Source of the DNA: Octopus vulgaris | Taxonomy: Eukaryota | Direction of reading: 5' to 3' | Assembly (NCBI GenBank): GCA_951406725.2 | Contig: OX597814.1 | Coordinates: forward strand, 184,016,001-184,080,000 | Length of the DNA stretch: 64,000 bases | Shown: one piece after another, positions 54,450 to 64,000 of the stretch | Layout of the letters: every line of letters begins with the position of its first letter | How positions within the stretch are numbered: position 1 is the stretch's first letter | The notes under the pieces: model-generated | What the model was told of the DNA's origin: nothing | Database searches by the model: none | Seen by the model: only the letters and a program-made list of their open reading frames with translations | Translations under genes and position numbers: made by a program

Positions 54450-54985
54450 AGAAGAAGAAGAAGAAGAAGAAGAAGAAGAAGAAGAGGAAGTAGAGGAAGA
54501 AGAAGAAGAAGAAGACAATAACAACAATCGTGTCCTCAACACTCAATAAATTAATCCTAGTTTGGGTTAATTTATTTCCATTAAAAACATCAATATCATA
54601 AGACTCGATCTTCTTCCATTAAAATTAAAGATGTCGCACAAATGTAAGGAACCAGTTGAAATATATGTGCGACGGCCAGCAGAGTTGCGGGTAGACGTCT
54701 TTTCTTACTGTGTCTATTTTGACAGTTCAAATACTCTTAGGATCATATTTTTATCTAACGTTGATGTATAATTAAATATGAGAACAGCAGGTGATGTAGA
54801 TTTATTAACTGTGTGTCTCATTACGAAAATTGCTGTCTCTTCATCCAATTAACGAATAAAACGAATATAGCGCTTTAACAGGAAAGATTTTAGATATGAA
54901 TTCATGGCGTAAAAAGGCAAAAGCGACACAAGATAGGCAAGATGCACAACATTTTAATATTTCAAGATTTCTATCATTTGCAGTG

Positions 54986-55508
54986 TGTGGAGGCGCAATG
55001 GCCCAGTGGTTAGGGCAGCGGACTCGCGGTCGGAGGATCGCGGTTTCGATTCTCAGACCGGGCGTTGTGTGTGTTTACTGAGCGAAAACACCTAAAGCTC
55101 CTCAATGCTACGGCAGGGGGTGGTGGCGACCCCTGTTGTACTCTTTCGCCCCAACTTTCTCTCACTCTTTCTTCCTGTTTCTTGAGTAACGCTGCGATGG
55201 AATGGCGTCCCGTGCAGCTGGGGGGAACACATACCCTATAGAAACTGGGAAACCGAGCCCATGAGCCTGGCTAGGCTTGAAAAAAGGCGAAAGAGGGAGT
55301 AAGGTACCCATTAGTATGATCTTTTGCAATTCACTTATTTTGAAACTGCCACAACTTTCTCTCTCTCTTTCTTCCTGTTTCTTGAGTAACGCTGCGATGG
55401 ACTGGCATCTCGTCCAACTGGGGGGAACATATACGCCATAGAAAATGGTAAACCGGGCCTATCAGCCTGGCTAAGCTTGAAAGGAATGCGCGCATAAATA
55501 AATAAAAA
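54986..55508 (+). mobile_element. Composite SINE family C insertion (full copy, spacer, second 3' half) within one TSD
   Basis: TSD ATCATTTGCAGTG at 54973-54985 and 55509-55521. Confidence 0.85.
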
Positions 55509-55600
55509 ATCATTTGCAGTGGACAAAACAAATCATGAAAATTTATAACATAAGCTGAGACAATACATTTCCGTACCAGATTCTTTATTTTGCTTTACAG

Positions 55601-55646
55601 TCCCGAAAAAGAAAAAGGGTCCCTCAGATCCTAAAGCAATGAAATG
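55601..55646 (+). other. Candidate short host exon
   Basis: Strong acceptor TTCTTTATTTTGCTTTACAG, donor TG|GTAATT, one open frame PKKKKGPSDPKAMK. Confidence 0.35.
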
Positions 55647-56469
55647 GTAATTAGTCATATACCGTGTTTAATTCAATCTAAAATATCACTTCTTTTCAAA
55701 ATTGTCCTTATGTACCCAGTCAATAAATTCCTTATCAGCTGTCGTACTTCATTTGTCACAAACACATTCCGGATGTGGCTAAGCAACATTTATTTTCTCT
55801 TTCTTAATATGCATAGCACATTGTGCTTCCATCATATGCCACTCAGGAACCGTATTAGTGCACATCGATCTGTACATATGACAGGAGGATTTTTAAACAG
55901 TCAGACAATTACATAATAAACGCAACATATTTCATAAGCGATAGCACAAATATTTTCCATCCATGTCTCTTTTATGCTGAGCAGTGCAATTGTGAAAACC
56001 TAGATAACATATCTATGTATGATAAGAATTATAAGCACATGTTGTATGAGTCATAAAAGATATTTGATATTTGAGTCGCTAAGAATACATCTCTATGCGA
56101 AAATACTCATCAGTTTGACGAAGGTTCATGCAATATGGTGATAAATAACGGGTTTCTATCTAATAAACCTGACAACTTGATGCACATGAATCACAACAGA
56201 AGACATGTCGAGTTAGATACATTCTTACGTAAGTTATTTATGAAATATCTGAGGTTCGTGGAGAATAGTGACGGAATAAAGAGACACAAATCATCTTTCC
56301 AATTTGAGGAAAAACAGATTATGCTTACAACCAGCACATTACTCAATGGCTTATCCACAATACCAAGGAGAATTGTTTTTATGAGGGATGCGCGTTCAAA
56401 AAGCATGCACACTCATATAAACACCTACCTCACAGAAATACGCGCGCGCACATACACAGACACATATAT

Positions 56470-56584
<115 letters not shown>

Positions 56585-56611
56585 ATATATATAGTTTCTT
56601 CTTCTTAAACC

Positions 56612-56887
56612 TTTTTGCCCCTTGTGGAGCATAGGACCGGTTTCCCCATTTCCTTGACGTATAGATATCCACCTGGATGGGACGCCAGTCCGTCGCAGGT
56701 GAGCAGCAAGATGCAGGTGGAAAGAGTGAAAGAAAGTTTGGTGGAAGAGTCAGCAGAAGTTCACCATTACCTTCTGCCGGAGCCGCGTGGAGCTTAGGTG
56801 TTTCGCTCACACATCGCCCAGTCTGAGATTCGAACCCGCGATCCCTGGACCGCGAGTCCGCTGCTTTAAGTACTAGGTCATGTGCCT

Positions 56888-56891
<4 letters not shown>
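56612..56891 (-). mobile_element. SINE family C
   Basis: Reverse-complement match. Confidence 0.85.
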
Positions 56892-56920
<29 letters not shown>

Positions 56921-56998
56921 CATATATACAATATATATTATATGCATGCATATATGCAATATATATGTATGTATAATATAATATATATGTATAAATAT

Positions 56999-57029
<31 letters not shown>

Positions 57030-57070
57030 TTGTGTTAAAGTTTCAAACTGGAAAAAATATATTTCTTTAG

Positions 57071-57164
57071 AAAGATCTGTTACTTCTTCACCTGACGAGT
57101 TGTCGGAGTAATGAATTGAGACTACATCACTTCCGAAAATATGGAGTTCCAGAGAAGTGCGCAG
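57071..57164 (+). other. Candidate host exon
   Basis: TTTCTTTAG acceptor, consensus CAG|GTAAGT donor, one open frame KDLLLLHLTSCRSNELRLHHFRKYGVPEKCA. Confidence 0.3.
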
Positions 57165-59310
57165 GTAAGTTAAAACGACATAGACTGCGGGGTTTGATGT
57201 TCTGTATTCTTGATTATTGATTAGAATAACGTAAATTATAATGTGTTAGAAGTGTATTTCAAAGACAATTAGAAATACCAGAATATTTAAAACACCTATA
57301 GAAAGTACAAAAGTGATGACTAGAATATTTAGATTTTGGAAATTTGAATTTAGCGACTTAAAAAATTACATCTCGCTCTTGTATTTATAATGAAATTTAG
57401 TTTTAAGAGCTATTGTTTATTTACTTGTTGTTAACTGTACAATGATAAATTCTGTAAATAATTAAATTTTATAATGAGATTAAAGTTATGACAAGAAAGA
57501 CAGTATGATATGGAAAGTAAATATTGTATAAAATATCGAATCAGATGACATAAGAGAGTGAGAAAATGCGATAATAAAAATCAATATCTTATCTAAGAGG
57601 ACAACTATATGGAACTTAATAAAGCAGTTAATGAAATATGAGAAACTGGAACGAGTGCATGAGTTTTAAGTATAATATATAAATCAAATTAAAAGTAAAA
57701 TTTCATTAAAAATATTTAACTGTAGTGTTGATTGATAAATTAGTGACGTTTATATTACTCTTAGAACTTTTCAGTTAATATATGACTAGATAGATGATTA
57801 AGATTTTAGCTTGTGGAGAGAAGAAATTTTGTTTGAATACTTTAATATTATAATTTAAATTGGTGAGAAACTAGGCAGTTCAGTACAATTTTAATGTCAG
57901 TCATATGAAAATTAACATATACCATGTATTTTGGAAACTGGTTAATTATTGGAAATATGTTTCTAAACATTGAAGACAAATTTCTTTTAGCAAATGAATA
58001 TTAAAGCTTCATATTCTAATCACATATGCCTAATGAACTTCATTTATTATGAGAAGTATATCCGCTTTATATATTTTTAATAATTTTAGGGTATTTTTAA
58101 TACTGTTGTGTGGACGCCTCCAGACGACGAACTAGGCTAGCCCAATACGTAGATATAGACGGAGAAGTTTAAACGTCGAGCGTAGACCAGAGTAGAGTAG
58201 CTGTTGGACAGAAGACGAGAACAGAGTAGTAGCGGTGAGAGTAGAGTTGAGTAGAAGGCATCCGAACGTGCGACATAAGAAATACATATGTGCTAATGAC
58301 AGTTAAAGTGTGAAACTATAATAATTATTTAGGCAGTTTACTTATATATAGGTATGTGCTCACATAATATAAACAAAAATATAGACAAACTTAGGTTATA
58401 ACTGAGATTTGAAGGCAAGAAGGCATGGCTCTGTGGAATGTAGTTTTAAAGGGGTTATACACGTTTAAGAGCGACACGTAAAATTGTTGTCATATGACTT
58501 TACATCGATGTTAGATTTGGCAAGTGAAAAGAGGTAAGAAAAATATGGTGTACAGATAGAATATAAATTAAAAGTTCTTATGGGAGGGTAGTATTAGGAC
58601 GTAGAGTGGTCAAATAAATTTCATATCGTAGAATAAAACTCCCGTGTTGTGCTGGGGTATGATATTGCATTTTCTGGTAAGAGATGAAATGCTACGGAAA
58701 GAAATATAGAAAAATACTCAACATTTTTTTCACTATTTTTGAAAGTGAAAATTTTCAAATCCTTTTAGATTTCTTTTAATAAACATTCGCATATAGCATT
58801 ATCTTGTATTAAGAGTTTTGTTAACTAGCATGAAATCTATTGAAACAAAAATAAACTTATCTAGAAGAAGCATATAATTTTCTCTTTAAATTACTACTGC
58901 AAGTATGTTTTGTGTAAAAGAGAGGCCATTTTAATCGGATATTAAGAACTAAATCTTTCTTCAATGATAAACAGAAATTAGCAAAGACATCAATTTTTCA
59001 TGTAATTTTAATGTGTTCGCTTCTAATTAAGCATCACCACGAATTTGAAGATGAAATATTTCTGCCAATTAATAATATAAAATTCAAAATATATATAAAT
59101 ATATTTCAGTGTGAATTAAAAACCAAAAACAAACAAAGAAGTGAAGTGCATATATAGAGAATAATTTGAATGACTGCAATACCAAGTATAGCCATAAATA
59201 TTGTTACAAATTTTCTCCTTTAATTTTTTCATAGGTTTTTGCACCTAAAATATTAATAACCTTCTCCATTGAATTTCAGGACTAACTGATCTAATTTTCA
59301 AATTGAAAAA

Positions 59311-59730
59311 TTGGATAGTGTCAAAGAAAACCGTATGACTGTTGTTGGTCTTCACAAGGCAGCTCACAGTGCGTCTACTATTTTCAAACGACTTGAACCG
59401 CTTGTGTATCGCATGATAAGGAGATTAGCAGATGATCAGACTATCGATGATGTTCCAAGGGAAGGTCGTCCTTCCACTGTGAGGACTCCCAAGGTCAAAG
59501 CTGTTGGAGCCATAATTCGAAGGAATCTTCTGAGGAAACAAAAAAATCATGGTTAGAGGGATGGAAATTTCACCCAGATCGATATCTAGGTTAATCAGAA
59601 TCGCGTGCCTATCATCGACGTACAGGACATTGACAGCAAAGTGACAGGATCCAAAGAGCTTCTTCTTCGGTACGCAGGTGGTGCTCATAAAACATCCTTT
59701 TCACGGATGAGAAAATTTTAACCGTAGAAT
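59311..59730 (+). pseudogene. maT/DD37D (Tc1-mariner superfamily) transposase remnant
   Basis: DVPREGRPSTVRTPK..AV...IRRN.LRKQK and, downstream, ILFTDEKILTVE (first catalytic Asp). Confidence 0.75.
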
Positions 59731-61569
59731 ATATAATATCTAGATTTAAAGTGGTATTATCTCTACCATTACATAAAGTAGCTCTTACCCATCAATAGAC
59801 AGAAAATTATAAGTTCTTACAATTTTCATATAAAAGAATTATAATGCTATAAAGAATCACGACTAATCACGCTTACATTTACTAATCCAATCAGCAACAT
59901 TCGATTTGAAATTGTAATAATCTTATAAGCGAACTGCACTATGACCGAATAACTATATGTATAAAAATCTCATGTCAATTGTCAATAACAGTTTGGATAA
60001 AAATTCAACTTACGTGAATGATATACCGCGTTTAAACTTCTAATATAAATTAAAATGAAATTAATCCCAGATTTAAAAACCGAAACTCCAAACGAAGCAA
60101 ATTTGTTCTGAATAATGTGTTTTCTTGTACTGCATGGGACTAAGTTATATAGTACTGTAGAATCTGACCCTAAAATGCCTGATTTATTTTCTATTCTCAT
60201 TGCCGAAAACAAAGTGAGACATTACATAAATATACATTCTTAACATGTAGATTTATTATTAACTGTTTAGTCGTGAACATTTCTTTCGGATTATACAACC
60301 TATAATACATAATGGTTTATCCAGTTATAACCATGAGGCTCACTTCACAGCGGATTCCAGATAAACTTAAGCATGTAAAATGTACAAACAAAACCAGAAT
60401 AACTAAAATAAAAGAAGAACTGTCTAATCCAATCCATCATTCAGCTTATCTGTAGTTACATCGCTGGCTAAAATGTTATTTTATTAAATATGTCTCATCA
60501 TAAAATAATTATTTCAAGATATGTAACAAAAATTATATTAAAATCGCATACTCGGCTAAATCTAATTTGAATAAAATTTAGCTAACTCTATCCAGTTTAA
60601 ACTTCATGGTCCTATACCCTAACCTAAATTATTGAGAATTAAACCGTAAATGTCAAATACAAGGAATTCTATATCGTGCAAAGGTAGACACTAACAGCAT
60701 ATATACACATATATTCGCTTCGCTGGTAATCTCTTCAAATTTAGACATCATAACTATTCTTACAATTTCAGCAACGAGAATGAGATCAACAGTGTATTGG
60801 GACACATTCAACCTAAGAAACGTTTCCCAAATTTTTCCTTCATATCATGAAATGATATATATATAATTAATATAAAATTAATAATTATTATTGGCTTTCA
60901 GCTTTCTTTAACAAGCTAATTATACTTTATAATAATTGCAAAACGCACAATATACATTAACAACATACTTCTTATTATATTAAGTGTGACTTCTTAAAAC
61001 ACATAATGCGATTACAATTTGAAATTTCAGAAATATTTTTTCTTTTTAAAAGTCAACATTTAATCGTCTTCTTTTTCTAAAATTTAGTACAAAAAGGTCT
61101 TTTAATCAAGCAATCTACTAAACACGTACTATTTGATTATTAGTTAGCAATTTTCATAATATTCATATTAATCATATGGGTATCTTGCCACACTTTCTAA
61201 TATTGAATTATTTCTCTGAAGCTTTTATGGAAACCTCAATACTAACCACACATCGAAATATTAATCTTTAATCAACCTGTATATTATCTGACAAGTTTTT
61301 TATAGAAAATTCTTAGAAAATACAAATCTCACTAATGGTTTAAAATTGGTTTAAAATTTCTAATGGAATATTTTTCAATGAAATGTTTTAATGAACGATT
61401 AACTCGTTCTTAGAAATTCTGCTACAAAATAGACCACCTGTGATAAGAATTCAAAAGAAATTTATTGAATTGATGTTGAGTGAGATTAATGATATAGTTA
61501 GTACAAAAAAATGGGCAATACTATAAAAGTATTCTATAGTGTTCATAATATAGAAAAAATGTTGGTGGA

Positions 61570-61850
61570 GTGTTGTAGTCAAAACCTCTATGAAATACAA
61601 AGAAAACTGACCAGACATAGAGACATGGGACATAGAAAAGAAAGTCTTCATGGTAGCAGATATCAGTTGTCGAGAAGACATTAGCATTATGAATATTAAC
61701 AGGAACAAAGAAAGGGCCTACATCTATGCCAAACTAGAAACCCCTTCCGCAATACGTCTTTCAATTTCCTTCTGTAATTATTGGGATATTTATCTAATTA
61801 AATCATTGTTCAAATACTGGTCTGGAAACTGATGACAGATTGGAATCAAT
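61570..61850 (+). pseudogene. Decayed restriction-like endonuclease region of an R4/NeSL-type LINE
   Basis: N*PDIETWDIEKKVFMVADISCRED...KERAYIYAKL resembles the NRPD..D...K..Y..L RLE motif. Confidence 0.5.
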
Positions 61851-61859
61851 TGGAATTGT

Positions 61860-62080
61860 TTGTCCTCCTAGCATTGTTTGACAACCGATGCTGGTGTGTT
61901 TGCGTCCCCGTCACTTAGCGGTTCGGCAAAAGAGACCGATAGAATAAGTACTGGGCTTACAAAGAATAAGTCCCGGGGTGGATTTGCTCGACAAAAGGCG
62001 GTGCTCCAGCATGGCCGCAGTCAAATGACTGAAACAAGTAAAAGAATAAAAGAAAAGAATAAAAGAATAAAAGAATAAAG
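61860..62080 (+). mobile_element. SINE family B, 3' half
   Basis: Family match with (AATAAAAG)n tail. Confidence 0.85.
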
Positions 62081-63607
62081 TTAGACCCGTATACAAGTTC
62101 TTCATTTTCAAAGGCCACAAAAATGTTTCAGAAAAAATCGTCTTTGTTCGGGTTCATAAGAAACTGAGTTTCACAAAGAAAAGATCTAGTGACGACTATA
62201 ACCTATTAAGAAATTTATGATAATACGTAAAATATTCCATAATTTTTTATCTGTTGGTAAATACTTATACACATGTGTAAGCACACAAACATAGAAATCC
62301 ACTCAGGCAATTACATGCATGCACGCATATAATTTGCAAGGACGTACGTGACTACATAACTGTCGAGTTTTAGTTCTCTATAATTTTGGTTTCATAATTT
62401 TAGCTATAATTTTTCGTTCGTGACTTCTTTATCGGAGGACTTAATTATGGCAACTAAGTACCTCAGTACCAACCTCAACAAGACAGAGTTTCACAAAACC
62501 AAAAAAGAATATGGTTAATTAGACAATAATAATTATAAGTGACGTCATTAATTGAACATTAAATGCATTTGGAATATTCTTGAGGTTAAGCCTGTTGAGT
62601 ACATGTACACGTAAACGTATGAATGTTTACACATACATAAGTCAATACACAGATCCACACATTTGATATGCATTCATTGAAGCACACGTCTACAAATACA
62701 TCCGTCAATGCATACATAGCCACACATACAAATGTACATACATATATACAGACAGACTACAAGCATAATCATTAAGTACAAATTGCTTTAGGAAAAGTTT
62801 TTCCATTCATTACATCGAAACATTTCTGAGAATTTCCCAAGAATATTAACTTTCAACATTCTCATATGCGACAGTTCTGTAGATTGAATGACCCAATACT
62901 AGGATTGCTAACGACCACTTTAGTTGCTAAGTGCGTCTGTTAAATTTACCTCTCTTTATATATCCTCGTCTCTCACTTTCCCTTTCTTTGTTGGTTTTCC
63001 TCCTCCTCTCCCTCTCTGTCTCTGTCTGTATGTCTCTCTCTCTCTCTCTCCCCCTCTCTCGTGCATGATCTATTTCAGCATACTTCCATCATTATTCATG
63101 AATTTCTTCCTCTCAGCTCCTACTTTCTTTACCCCATTTTTCTTTTTCTTCTGTTTCCTCCACTTCTCTCACTTTATTATCTACTGCAGTCTTTTAACTT
63201 TCACTCCATTTCTCTTAATTATTTCGACTACGTCTTTCAAATACTCTCTATGCATTTAGTTCTTACAATATATGCTTCACTTGTGCATTAGATCTGTACG
63301 TTCATCTGTCTGCCTATCCAATAATTTTGCTTATTTTACTTCATATGTTTGTGTACGTGCATAAAGCATGTGCATGGACAGTGTTGACAAGAAGTTCACT
63401 GCCAGTGCAAACAACATTAAAAATAAACTGTCACTCTGGAACATGCCTATTTATTATTTAATTCTGTTTGTAATAACAGGTGTTGTTTTAGTAGTTGTCA
63501 GTGATAACTGTGAGGACTATGATGTGGTCAGACTTTAAGTAACATTCACCATCGTAGCTGGTAGTTTTGCAAGGTGTAGTGATTCTATCATCCATAAATG
63601 TGGGACG

Positions 63608-63985
63608 ATGAAAAACGTAGTTAAAGTGATGAATTACATAAAATCGCATTCCCTATGGTGCTGACTTTTTACATCCCTACGTGAAACTATGGATTATTAT
63701 TTTAAGTGTTTACTACTTTATACAGAAGTGCGATGGCCCTCGAAAGGGAAAGTGCTCTCTCGATTTATCTCTATGCGAACTGAAATATGTTTCTTCGATG
63801 CTGAAAATTCGGATTTGAATTTCTTAACGATGATAATTGGTGGTTGGAAGTAGTATTTCTTTTTCAGAAGTTGAACGTTTTAAATTTGAGTCTGCAAGGA
63901 GCTATCGAAAATATTACAATTACAGGCAAATTAGAGTCTTTCATTGACAAGTTAGAACTGTGGGTAAGGAAAGTTAAAACTCGCA
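63608..63985 (+). pseudogene. hAT (Buster/Charlie) transposase remnant
   Basis: VVKVMNYIKS...LF..L...LLLYTEVRWPSKGKVLSRF...EI; FQKLNVLNLSLQG...FIDKLELW; has an in-frame stop and deletions. Confidence 0.85.
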
Positions 63986-64000
63986 GCTTGATTGCTTCCC

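Overview
AT-rich, microsatellite-dense eukaryotic DNA, most likely intronic or intergenic sequence from a coleoid cephalopod (Octopus-like; inferred from the SINE families and microsatellite load). No host protein-coding gene could be identified with confidence, and almost all long ORFs in the track are microsatellite artefacts. The window is a mosaic of mobile DNA. It holds three recurrent tRNA-derived SINE families (labelled A, B and C here) and three MITEs with GGATC termini, verified 8-bp TSDs and internal (TTAGGG)-like repeats, one of them a 699-bp foldback. It also holds a short non-autonomous Helitron, decayed mariner, maT/DD37D and hAT (Buster/Charlie) transposases, and RTE, CR1/Jockey-like and R4/Dong LINE remnants, with most Dong pieces in or next to (TAA)n tracts. 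Two gag-like ORF1 remnants are present. Highlights: three minimal hammerhead-ribozyme-like motifs at 33.1-34.3 kb; a tRNA-headed element with a degenerate hammerhead at 3.3-3.7 kb; SINE-A multimers that appear to move as multimers; two long hairpins; and a homeodomain/POU motif-dense candidate enhancer at about 34.8 kb. Family names come from recalled motifs, not database searches.
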